Shown in pieces: positions 50,871-59,366 of a stretch of DNA of 64,000 bases. A program made the translations under genes and the position numbers. Position 1 is the stretch's first letter. Each line of letters starts with the position of its first letter. The notes under the pieces were generated by a model. The model was not told the DNA's origin and ran no database searches. It worked only from the letters and a program-made list of their open reading frames with translations. The DNA is from Bacteroidota bacterium (GTDB lineage Bacteria; Bacteroidota; Bacteroidia; AKYH767-A; 2013-40CM-41-45), in the NCBI GenBank assembly GCA_004295015.1, contig SHNE01000050.1, positions 315-64,314 of the forward strand. Direction: 5' to 3'.

Positions 50871-51002
50871 GAACGCAGATGACGCAGATTTTTAAAGATA
50901 GTCGCAGATTTAATTTTTCGAGTCAAATATCAAGTGCTTATTAACCCCAGATAATTATTTAATATCAAATTTGATCTTAAAAAATCTGCGTCATCTGCGT
51001 TC
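50871..51002. repeat. non-coding inverted-repeat element: 23-bp perfect arms made of a doubled ACGCAGAT word, 86-nt spacer
   Basis: The left arm is gaacgcagatgacgcagattttt (50871-50893). The right arm, aaaaatctgcgtcatctgcgttc (50980-51002), is its exact reverse complement. A third copy of the word lies at 50901-50911. Confidence 0.85.
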
Positions 51003-51016
51003 TATAAGCCAGTGTT

Positions 51017-52453
51017 CTACTTCCCACGCCTTCCTTGCAGAATACGGTAAAACGATCGTGTACGGATTTCATCAATGGTAAGTCCGGTCATTTCAATTTC
51101 TTCTTCAGTGATTGCACCGGAATTTAAAGCACGTAAAAAATAATTCAGCAAACCTTGTCCGGTTGCAGCATCATCAAAGATATCTCCGCTAAGGGTTGCT
51201 TGTGCTGCTCTGTCGACAAAGTGGCGAAGTCTGAGGGCAGCGTCTTCATAACTTTCAAGGAAAAAATTATAGACAGCTGCGTAACGCATAGGAAGTTGCG
51301 CCGGATTTAAATCCCAGCCCTGATAAAAACCGTTACGGAGAGAATGTCCGGTATGCCCATAACAAAGTTTCCAGGCACGGTGAACGATTCTTGTGTTTTC
51401 ATCTTCCTGTTCTTTACTTAAAGAATCTCCTTTATGTGGGCCGATAGGCATCACATTTGTAGCACCATCTGAAAGAAAAATGCCGGTGCCTGCTAATGCA
51501 ACTTTGGTCATATGATGAGCGAAATCACAAACAGGATGATCCATCGTTTGGTATTTAGCCGTGATGTTAGAAGAAGCCGTGTAATCATAGGTTCCGAAGT
51601 GGGCTGCCACGCAACGACCTTCTCCTGCCATAATAATACTGCGAAGCGGATTGATACCATCCTTATCCATGATAGCTTGCGTCGCTTCAACCATCATTTC
51701 CATTTTAAGGGAACCTGCTTTCATGTTGAATGCCTTCTCTATGATTTCAAAGAATCGTACCAGACTTTGCATTTGTTCAGGAATGGTGACCTTGGGTAAC
51801 ATGACCACGAAATTGTCAGGTAGTTTACCTTTAGTTTCCGTAAGTAAGGTTGAAAGAAAAATATCAAGCGTACGAACTCCTCTTGCTTTCAGATCTTCGG
51901 TGAACGGTTTAATGCGAATGCCGATGAATGGTGATGTTGTTTTTTCCTTCATGGCTTTTGCCAGTTCCAGTGCAGCCGTTACTGCCGTTGCATCTTCTTC
52001 TTCATCTGCCCTGTTTCCAAAACCATCTTCGAAGTCGATACGAAAATCTTCGACTGCTTCACGTTCCAATTTGGCGATTACTTTATTGTAGACAGTGAAG
52101 GGTAGCCATGCAGGATGTTGCTTACGGTCGGTTTCCTTCATTGCAGAAAGTTCCCGGCTTAACTCTTCAATTTTTTTTGCGTCAGTTGGTAAAGATGCAT
52201 GCCCTTCCAGTTCCAAAACTCTTGCCATCACAGTGAAATCAGGGGCATAACTGCGAAGGTTTCTCAAGGCAATTTCTCCCATCTTTCCGGCTGAGTCCCA
52301 CTTATAGAGATTCGCTCCCCCATAAACTGTATGTACAGGTTGACGATCCGGTAAATCGCCGGGGTATATTTTTTGAAAAGCCAGGTTTGCCTGACGTAAT
52401 TCGTTTAAAATTTGTGTCTTTTGATTTTCCTGGATACTTGTTTTGATACTCAT
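51017..52453 (-). CDS. divergent malate synthase-superfamily protein (function unproven)
   Basis: By eye it is collinear with malate synthase A motifs as I remember them. The matching segments are FRIDFEDGFG, FIGIRIKPF, VVMLPKVTIPEQM, MEMMVEATQAI, AAHFGTYDYTAS and IFDDAATGQGLL. I chose the ATG start at 52453; the track's TTG at 52492 overlaps a candidate -7 box. Confidence 0.55.
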   Translation of the reverse strand: MSIKTSIQENQKTQILNELRQANLAFQKIYPGDLPDRQPVHTVYGGANLYKWDSAGKMGEIALRNLRSYAPDFTVMARVLELEGHASLPTDAKKIEELSRELSAMKETDRKQHPAWLPFTVYNKVIAKLEREAVEDFRIDFEDGFGNRADEEEDATAVTAALELAKAMKEKTTSPFIGIRIKPFTEDLKARGVRTLDIFLSTLLTETKGKLPDNFVVMLPKVTIPEQMQSLVRFFEIIEKAFNMKAGSLKMEMMVEATQAIMDKDGINPLRSIIMAGEGRCVAAHFGTYDYTASSNITAKYQTMDHPVCDFAHHMTKVALAGTGIFLSDGATNVMPIGPHKGDSLSKEQEDENTRIVHRAWKLCYGHTGHSLRNGFYQGWDLNPAQLPMRYAAVYNFFLESYEDAALRLRHFVDRAAQATLSGDIFDDAATGQGLLNYFLRALNSGAITEEEIEMTGLTIDEIRTRSFYRILQGRRGK

Positions 52454-52489
52454 CTCGATAGGGCTTGATTCTTGAAACTTGAAAGTTTG

Positions 52490-52497
52490 CAAAGATA
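52490..52497 (-). promoter_or_regulatory. candidate TAnnTTTG -7 box for the malate-synthase-like gene
   Basis: The minus strand reads tatctttg, about 37 nt upstream of the ATG at 52453. No clear -33 TTTG is present. Confidence 0.3.
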
Positions 52498-52580
52498 TGA
52501 ATTGGATAGAATTTAACTCTTATATCTTTTAACTAAAGTAAGACGGATTTTTGGTATCAGATTTTGCGCTAAGATATACC

Positions 52581-52693
52581 TGCCACGAATGCATACGAAT
52601 AAGCTTAAACCTATTTCCTCCCGTTGAATGACAAAAAGGTATTTTCAATGATTTGCCCGGAGTTTGATGAAGCGTTTTTCGTGCAATTGTTGC
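52581..52693. repeat. degenerate copy of the CACGAAT-word inverted-repeat element
   Basis: The left arm tgccacgaatgcatacgaat (52581-52600) matches the 63447 arm except for one inserted t. The decayed right arm tttcgtgcaattgttgc (52677-52693) corresponds to attcgtgcattcgtggc. Confidence 0.5.
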
Positions 52694-52710
52694 TAAAATA
52701 AAAGATATTT

Positions 52711-53052
52711 TCAACTTCCTCTATAAGTACTATACCCAAAGGGATTCAAAAGTAAAGGAACATGATAATGGGAGGCGTCACTAATCTGAAAAATTATTTC
52801 CACCGAAGGGTAGAAGCATTTCAATTTTTGTTTTTCAAAATATCCGGCCGTATCGAAGATCAATTTATAGTTACCGGCTTCAAGAATTTTGCCGGGTTCA
52901 AGTAAGTCAGCTACACGGCCGTCAGAATTTGTTATTCCTTCTGCCAATGCTGTCCATGAATTAAGGGCATCGAATTTTTCAAGCCGGATTTTTACTCCGC
53001 TTGCAGGTTTTCCTGCTGAAGTATCAAGGATGTGAGTTGTGAGCTGGCTCAT
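52711..53052 (-). CDS. uraH: 5-hydroxyisourate hydrolase (transthyretin-like)
   Basis: 113-aa ORF beginning LTTHILDTSAGKPA, with YHVPLLLNPFGYSTYRGS as the diagnostic C-terminal YRGS. Confidence 0.92.
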   Translation of the reverse strand: MSQLTTHILDTSAGKPASGVKIRLEKFDALNSWTALAEGITNSDGRVADLLEPGKILEAGNYKLIFDTAGYFEKQKLKCFYPSVEIIFQISDASHYHVPLLLNPFGYSTYRGS

Positions 53053-53552
53053 GTCATTAATTTTTTCAGTCTTAAGAGTGTAATTTTTTCCTGTTCATCC
53101 GCAGCGATTGTTAATTCAGTGTTTCTGTCGTTAGGATAACGTGCCTGTAAGATACTCAACATTTCTTCAGCAGTTTTTCCTGTGGCACACACAATAAAGA
53201 TAAAACCAAATTTATTTTCATAGTCCGTATTTCCTTTAGCCAAGGCCTCCAAGGTTTTCGGGCTGGCAGTTTGCACGGAAGCTTGTTCTCCTCCGGCAAG
53301 TGTTTTTGTACTTGAAAATTTTTTTTCCAGACTTTTTATATCTCCGATTTTCGGGTGATGATCAAAGGCCTCCAGCCAATCTTTTTCATAGGTGTTTTGC
53401 CATGCTTTTTCGGCTATGTTTAATAACTCCTCCAAACTTTCAAATGGTCTCTTAGCCAGCATTTCATTTACCCATGCAGTAGAGCCGCAACACTTCTGCA
53501 TTTCTTCGAAGAAACGTTGTTCTGAGAGATTATTTAGTTCTGCTATTGTCAT
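53049..53552 (-). CDS. uraD: OHCU decarboxylase
   Basis: 167-aa ORF with the motif AFDHHPKIGD and helical OHCU decarboxylase features. Its stop overlaps the uraH start by 4 nt. Confidence 0.85.
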   Translation of the reverse strand: MTIAELNNLSEQRFFEEMQKCCGSTAWVNEMLAKRPFESLEELLNIAEKAWQNTYEKDWLEAFDHHPKIGDIKSLEKKFSSTKTLAGGEQASVQTASPKTLEALAKGNTDYENKFGFIFIVCATGKTAEEMLSILQARYPNDRNTELTIAADEQEKITLLRLKKLMT

Positions 53553-53628
53553 TTCAATTTGAGAGGTTTTGAAATTTTACCACAATGCTTACAAAGTGGG
53601 CATAGAGGGCGCGGAGAATTCGTTCACC

Positions 53629-54642
53629 TTATGCGATTGTACCGAACAACCTCAACCGGCTTACCCCTCCGTCAGGATAAATAAAGAAACGCACATGCGT
53701 AATTGCCTCGTGTGCCTGAATTTCTTTTTCATACTTATGTTCATGATCAGCCTGTAATTTTTGTTTGGGTAATATTTCTGTCCATTTCATTTTGTCGGAA
53801 TGGATATTTACCTCGTCATCCTTGGAAATTGCTATACCTTCGAGCGTACAGCTATCAGGGTAGTTTCCTTTAAAATGTGCAGTATCAACAAGAATGCTTT
53901 GAATCATTCCTTTATGCGCCAGCCTAACGATAATCCAGTCTCTATTATTTGGAGTTCTGTTTCTTTTGGTTTCCCAGCCATCGCCCATATTTATTCCTCT
54001 TCCGGGCATTAAAAGATTATCCATGTGTGAGAAGAACATGTCATTGCAGGTAATAGCCTTTGCCCCGTTTAATGCAGATGCCAGATCAAGAATCTCATCA
54101 GCTTTCACTTTCGACCAGTCTTTATGAACTTCGCCATATACTTTCAGGCGGGCTACACCGCCATCGGGAAAAATATTTAAACGCAGGTGCGAGAATAGCT
54201 CTCTGTTCTTACACTCATAAAAATTCTGGCTACCCGGATTCAAGGGAGATTTTCCAAGCAGTTCAGTCCATTTAATATTCGGAGAATTTAAGTCGATATC
54301 TTTATCCGTTATATATGCAGCTTCGATAGATGCAAAGGGAGGATGATTTCCCAGAAAGTGATTCGTATCTATATCAAATCCATGAATAATTCCTGCTGCA
54401 CCAAGTTGAATTATGCACCAATCATGTCCGGCAACTCTTTTCCTTCTCGACTCCCATCCATCCATCCATTTGCCACGATCTGTATACTTATCTGCTATGA
54501 AAATACCTCTTCCCGGTTTGATAAGATTTTCCATTTCTGCAAAAAAATCGTCGGAACAGGAAATGGTTTTAGCACCTAATCGTTCAGAAGCAAGATTCAA
54601 TAAATTTGTATATGCCGGAGCATCTTGACTTGTAATGTTCAT
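53629..54642 (-). CDS. alc: allantoicase
   Basis: 337-aa ORF with two allantoicase repeats (DDFFAEMENLIKPGRG...GWESRR and NDMFFSHMDNLLMPGRG...GWETKR). Confidence 0.9.
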   Translation of the reverse strand: MNITSQDAPAYTNLLNLASERLGAKTISCSDDFFAEMENLIKPGRGIFIADKYTDRGKWMDGWESRRKRVAGHDWCIIQLGAAGIIHGFDIDTNHFLGNHPPFASIEAAYITDKDIDLNSPNIKWTELLGKSPLNPGSQNFYECKNRELFSHLRLNIFPDGGVARLKVYGEVHKDWSKVKADEILDLASALNGAKAITCNDMFFSHMDNLLMPGRGINMGDGWETKRNRTPNNRDWIIVRLAHKGMIQSILVDTAHFKGNYPDSCTLEGIAISKDDEVNIHSDKMKWTEILPKQKLQADHEHKYEKEIQAHEAITHVRFFIYPDGGVSRLRLFGTIA

Positions 54643-55991
54643 GAGTTTTTTAGAATAATTTTTCCTGTTGGCGAAGATACAAAGGAACCTTTATCATAGA
54701 CAAGCACTCCACCCACATACGTTTTTTCAACCAGGCCGGAAAGCATTGTTCCCTCATATGGACTAATCGGATGGCGGAATCTCATCAAAGCGGGAGAGAC
54801 CTTCATTTTTTTGACCGGATTCCAAACCACAAGATCTGCATCTGCACCAACTTCAATCTTACCTTTAGCAGGAAGATTCAGGAATTTTGCAATGTTTGTG
54901 CTAAGCCAGGCAGAAATTTGTTCCAGCGTTACATCTTTTCCCATAGCCATAGTCCAGACGATTGGTAGTTCAAATTGCAAAGTAGAAATTCCTCCCCATG
55001 CCTCCTTTAAATTTCCATCGGTAATGCTTTTCATTTCAGGGGGAGCCGGACTATGATCAGTAACAACAAAGTCAATGGTGCCATCAACAAGCGCACTCCA
55101 TAATTGTTCGTTATTATCCTTTTCACGAATGGGAGGAGTGCATTTGAAACGAGGATCGGCATCCGGAATTGTTTCAGCATTAAAGAATAGATAATGCGGA
55201 CAAGTTTCAACGCTAATGGGAATTCCTTTTTGTTTTGCGTCCTGAATGGGTGCAATCGAATTTGATGACGACAAATGAACAATATGAGTCCTCAGCCTAA
55301 ATTTCTCAGCCACTTTTATCATTGCAGCAATAGCCTTGTCTTCCCATTCCTTTGGTCTTGATTTTAAAAATGCCTGATATGAATAAGGCTCACGAACATG
55401 TTCTTCTTGTGCTTCAGACTTTTCATCAAATTCTGCATGCACAAGTAATGGTAAATCTTTCCTGACTAATTTATCTGCAATAGTTTCGATGTCCTTTATA
55501 CTTGCATTAGGAAAGTCTTCGATTCCGGAATGAGTGAGAAATGCTTTGAACCCTAGTACACCGGCATCAATTAGTGCATCAATATCTTTTGCATTTCCCG
55601 GGACTATACCGCCCCAAAATCCGCAGTTGACATAAATTTTCCCTTCAGCAGCTTTTAGTTTGGCTTTAAAATTTGCAAGCGTTGTAGTAACCGGAGTTGA
55701 ATTAAGTGGCATATCAACTAAAGTCGTAACACCTCCAGCAGCAGCTGCTTTCGTAGCAGTTTCAAATCCTTCCCATTCTGTTCTTCCGGGTTCATTGATG
55801 TGCACGTGGCTGTCAATCAGGCCGGGCATCAAAACAGATTCTCCGCATGTGACTGATTTAGCTGCTGATCCGGCCGGAGCTTTTCCTTCCTGTATCTCTA
55901 CAATTTTTCCCTCAGTGATCAGCAGAGTAACCTCTTTAATTCCATCAGGAAGTACGGTTTGTTTACAATAAATTGCCAGGTCTGCTTTCAT
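54639..55991 (-). CDS. allB: allantoinase
   Basis: 450-aa cyclic amidohydrolase. Motifs include PGLIDSHVHINEPGRTEWEGF and the carboxylated-Lys context GFKAF, with HAE, H and D ligands in order. Its stop overlaps the alc start by 4 nt. Confidence 0.9.
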   Translation of the reverse strand: MKADLAIYCKQTVLPDGIKEVTLLITEGKIVEIQEGKAPAGSAAKSVTCGESVLMPGLIDSHVHINEPGRTEWEGFETATKAAAAGGVTTLVDMPLNSTPVTTTLANFKAKLKAAEGKIYVNCGFWGGIVPGNAKDIDALIDAGVLGFKAFLTHSGIEDFPNASIKDIETIADKLVRKDLPLLVHAEFDEKSEAQEEHVREPYSYQAFLKSRPKEWEDKAIAAMIKVAEKFRLRTHIVHLSSSNSIAPIQDAKQKGIPISVETCPHYLFFNAETIPDADPRFKCTPPIREKDNNEQLWSALVDGTIDFVVTDHSPAPPEMKSITDGNLKEAWGGISTLQFELPIVWTMAMGKDVTLEQISAWLSTNIAKFLNLPAKGKIEVGADADLVVWNPVKKMKVSPALMRFRHPISPYEGTMLSGLVEKTYVGGVLVYDKGSFVSSPTGKIILKNS

Positions 55992-56080
55992 GTTTTTATT
56001 TTAGAAAATGGATTGATTCAAAGTAAATTGCTCCCTTGAACAATCTCAATTAAATGCAATTAATATATTTATACTATGAG

Positions 56081-57403
56081 TTAGTTCAGCTTTGCGCCTT
56101 GTTGTATCCAACGTCCTAACAAATCTCTTTCTTCTTCCGTCATGCCTGTTTTATTAGCCTGAGGCATTGTCTTCGTTTGCACGGCTCTTACCATGATACG
56201 GTCAGCCATTTTGTGAATTTCTTCTGCACTATCAAACATGATTCCGTTGGGTGAAACTTTTTCTGTATCATCAGTAGGTTTGCTTGAGTGACAACTTACG
56301 CAACGTTTTTGGATAATTGGCTGAATTTCTGAAAAAGAAACAGGTTCATCAGAGGAAAATTTCACTTTATTTGGTGAAGTGACTATTACGAGAGAAATCA
56401 ATGCAATTGCAGCAAATGGGAGCATCAATTTGGCATGGCGGCCTTGTTCGTGCAGATTGATGAAATGTCTGACAGCAACGCTTGCCAATGTAAGTACAGC
56501 CAATACAATCCAGTTGAATGAAGATCCAAAAGTTGCCGGAAAATGATTACTGATCATCACATAAATGACAGGTAATGTCATGTAGTTATTATGCAATGAA
56601 CGCAGTCCGGCGTATTTACCTAATTCAGGATTCAATGCTAAGCCTTTTTTTGCAGCTCTTACCATAGCCTTTTGAGCAGGAATGATGGTAAAAAATACAT
56701 TACCTACCATAATGGTCCCAATCAATGCACCAACATGCATAAATGCAGCGCGGCCACTTAAAAGATGTGTCAGGATGTAGCCTATGAGTGTAATGATTGC
56801 AAATCCTACTATGGCAAATGTTTTTTTCTTTTGGAGAAGCGAAGTGCGACAAAGAAAATCATAGATAAACCAGCCTATGATCAGAGTGCCTATTCCAATA
56901 GCGACAGATGTTCCGGCGCTGATATTGGAAACCGCCGGGTCAAGCATGTATGCTTTGGCATTAAAGTAATATACCAGCAGCAATAGAATAAAACCGCTTA
57001 GCCAGGTGAAGTAGGCTTCATACTTAAACCAGTGAAGAGTTTTTGGAATTTCACCGGGAGCAATTTTATATTTTTCGATGTAATAAAATCCACCACCATG
57101 TATAGCCCATAAATTTCCTGCCAGTTCATCGCGGAGGTTTTCAGTCCGGTTCAGACTGTTCTCCAAAAAAATGAAATAGAAGGAAGCCCCGATCCAGGCT
57201 ATTCCAAAGACCACATGGGCCCATCGAATCACAAGGTGGAGCCAGTCCAGCACATGAGCTTCAATACCGGCCCAGACGGCCAGATAGTAGATGGCGTATC
57301 CGGCAATACATAGCAATGCAAGCATGACAATAACACTTCTGTAAAGCGCTATTTCTTTGATGGATTCCTTTAAATCGTCTGTATCTATGGAGTTCTTCGA
57401 CAT
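56081..57403 (-). CDS. puuD: membrane-bound urate hydroxylase, PuuD type (polytopic membrane domain + C-terminal cytochrome c)
   Basis: 440-aa ORF with multiple TM helices (RWAHVVFGIAWIGASFYFIFLEN, HGGGFYYIEKYK). The C-terminal soluble domain carries CVSCHS...MP. It sits at the head of the allB-alc-uraD-uraH operon. Confidence 0.75.
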   Translation of the reverse strand: MSKNSIDTDDLKESIKEIALYRSVIVMLALLCIAGYAIYYLAVWAGIEAHVLDWLHLVIRWAHVVFGIAWIGASFYFIFLENSLNRTENLRDELAGNLWAIHGGGFYYIEKYKIAPGEIPKTLHWFKYEAYFTWLSGFILLLLVYYFNAKAYMLDPAVSNISAGTSVAIGIGTLIIGWFIYDFLCRTSLLQKKKTFAIVGFAIITLIGYILTHLLSGRAAFMHVGALIGTIMVGNVFFTIIPAQKAMVRAAKKGLALNPELGKYAGLRSLHNNYMTLPVIYVMISNHFPATFGSSFNWIVLAVLTLASVAVRHFINLHEQGRHAKLMLPFAAIALISLVIVTSPNKVKFSSDEPVSFSEIQPIIQKRCVSCHSSKPTDDTEKVSPNGIMFDSAEEIHKMADRIMVRAVQTKTMPQANKTGMTEEERDLLGRWIQQGAKLN

Positions 57404-57506
57404 ATTTAACCAGTGGGGCGAAGATAGTTAATATGGCAGTCAATTTAGCATTGAACTGAGGCAATAATTTTAACATTGCTAAGCAATCAATACCCTTGAA
57501 AAAGAA

Positions 57507-58280
57507 TTATTGAATCTGTATCCAATTACTAAGTGTTCCCGGCCCGTTAAAAGCTTCGTTATTACAATCAAGCGGATCTGCATCCCGAACAGCTAAGGGT
57601 ATGATGATTGAATCCAGATACAAACCCCTTTGCTCGAATTTTTGAAAAAGCGAATCTGTCATCACATGGAAATAACTTACATAACGAATACCTGATTGTG
57701 AAATAGTACTGTCTTTGGGTCCGTCTGTTGCTGTAAGTACAGTGATAGCTATATCGGAGCTTGTCATATTTCCTATATGGGTTCCGATTAATTCTCCTTC
57801 TTGTAGCGTATCTCCCAAGGCTATTGATCGGGTTAGATTCACATGGAACAAACGCGCAGCGAAAGCCGGGTGGTGTGTCGATGTAATATAAAGTTGAGTT
57901 CCGGCCCATTCCTGAATTACTCTTTCTACGACACCTTTGAATGGACAATAAATTTTAATATCAACATTTGGTATTGAAAAATTCTTCGGTTCAAAATAAT
58001 GTTTCATGCTCCTGCAAAATTCAAAATCATCGGAATAATCATGGCCGACACCCGATCGGAATTTACTTATACGGCCTATACTGTCGAATTCCATATAGGA
58101 AACCTTTATAAATTTTGGAAGACTGTCAATATTGCCAGTATAATAGATCGTTCCGGTATTGGAAGGAATCGTGTCGGCCGGTTGAGCGATTGGATCTGTA
58201 ACTGTTTCTAAAGGGTCAGATTCTTTAGAACAAGACCAGAGAAGAATTGAAAAGAGTGAAATTTTAATTATTCCTTGCAT
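57507..58280 (-). CDS. hypothetical lipoprotein (weak M23/LytM-like HxxxD motif)
   Basis: The lipoprotein signal is SILLWSC. GVGHDYSDD resembles the HxxxD motif of M23 peptidases, but no clear HxH is present. Confidence 0.5.
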   Translation of the reverse strand: MQGIIKISLFSILLWSCSKESDPLETVTDPIAQPADTIPSNTGTIYYTGNIDSLPKFIKVSYMEFDSIGRISKFRSGVGHDYSDDFEFCRSMKHYFEPKNFSIPNVDIKIYCPFKGVVERVIQEWAGTQLYITSTHHPAFAARLFHVNLTRSIALGDTLQEGELIGTHIGNMTSSDIAITVLTATDGPKDSTISQSGIRYVSYFHVMTDSLFQKFEQRGLYLDSIIIPLAVRDADPLDCNNEAFNGPGTLSNWIQIQ

Positions 58281-58477
58281 TTAGCCTAGAACGAAATCTG
58301 ATTGAGAAGGTTCTGGGAAAAGGCTTAAAGTCCATCATCTATATACTTACGAAAAATGTTTAATGAGTTCTGTATGTGTATAACGATAAGGAGACACTAA
58401 TTTTATATACTTTTTAATAGGATCAAGCATAATTTCCCGATATTATAGCTAGCTTAGCCATTCAAATAAAATATCTC

Positions 58478-59335
58478 ATGAAAGCAAGGTTCTACATTCT
58501 TTATACCATTTTATTATTTTCAAATTTTCAATTATTTGCACAAATACCAGATGGTAGCTTTAACAATTGGACAACAAACTCGATAGGGCGATTAGATCTT
58601 CAGGATTGGATCACGGGGAATTTGGACTATTCCTTAGCAACAATCCTCCAAGATGTAGGGCAGTCGGGTAGTGGATATTCTCCGAAGTTTGTTTCAGTTT
58701 ATGACTCTTCGGTTGGATATTATCAGGGAGGATATGTTCAATTGACTCAAGTCCCATTCACTGGAACGATCAGGCCTAATTCACTTTTAGGCTATTGGAA
58801 AACGTATAACCCATCGAATTCAGACATAGTGCTGGCCGATGTTCAAATTTATAATTCCGGTATGGTAGAGATAGGTTCCGGAGCAAAGCAAACTCCGTTC
58901 AATGGCTCCCTAAGTGCATGGACGGCATTTTCTATTCCAATTACTTACACAACAAGTGATTCGGCAGCATATTTTTCTATGCGGATTTCATGGACGAATT
59001 TTGGCGGAAATCCTGCCGGTTATGCAAATGTAGACGATATTCATTTTGACATAAGCACTGCTGTAGTTGAATCTGCCGGAGATCTTTCAGGAATAAAATT
59101 ATCGGCAATACGTCCCGGATATTTTGAGCTTACGAGTTCCTTGAATTCCCCTGATAATTTCACTGTTCAATTGTTCGATCTGAGCGGAAAGCAAATTCTG
59201 GGTAAAAAGACTTTGGCTGAAGTTAATGGCCAGTCCCAAACTATATTAGACTTGTCGCAAATGGCATCCGGAATTTATTTTTGCAACGTTTTTAGTAAAA
59301 CGGATTATAGAACATTTAAAATCGTTAATTATTGA
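58478..59335 (+). CDS. T9SS C-terminal-domain secreted protein (PNxxFExW-family module)
   Basis: The ORF has a signal peptide. The mature N-terminus is IPDGSFNNWT and the C-terminus is GIYFCNVFSKTDYRTFKIVNY. Confidence 0.7.
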   Translation: MKARFYILYTILLFSNFQLFAQIPDGSFNNWTTNSIGRLDLQDWITGNLDYSLATILQDVGQSGSGYSPKFVSVYDSSVGYYQGGYVQLTQVPFTGTIRPNSLLGYWKTYNPSNSDIVLADVQIYNSGMVEIGSGAKQTPFNGSLSAWTAFSIPITYTTSDSAAYFSMRISWTNFGGNPAGYANVDDIHFDISTAVVESAGDLSGIKLSAIRPGYFELTSSLNSPDNFTVQLFDLSGKQILGKKTLAEVNGQSQTILDLSQMASGIYFCNVFSKTDYRTFKIVNY

Positions 59336-59366
59336 ATTTCATTAATCACGTTAATAATATTTTGTA

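Noticed and set aside
51651-52091. 146-aa plus-strand ORF inside the malate-synthase-like gene
   Set aside because: It is an antisense shadow ORF with poly-Ser/Ala low complexity (SSSAAVTAVASSSSSA).
52529-52714. 61-aa minus-strand ORF between uraH and the malate-synthase-like gene
   Set aside because: It covers the degenerate inverted-repeat copy and overlaps the uraH stop. I see no motif, so it is likely non-coding.
57568-57948. 126-aa Arg-rich ORF on the minus strand within the lipoprotein gene
   Set aside because: It is an alternative frame of the longer 257-aa ORF, which has a proper lipoprotein signal. Its composition is typical of an off-frame translation.
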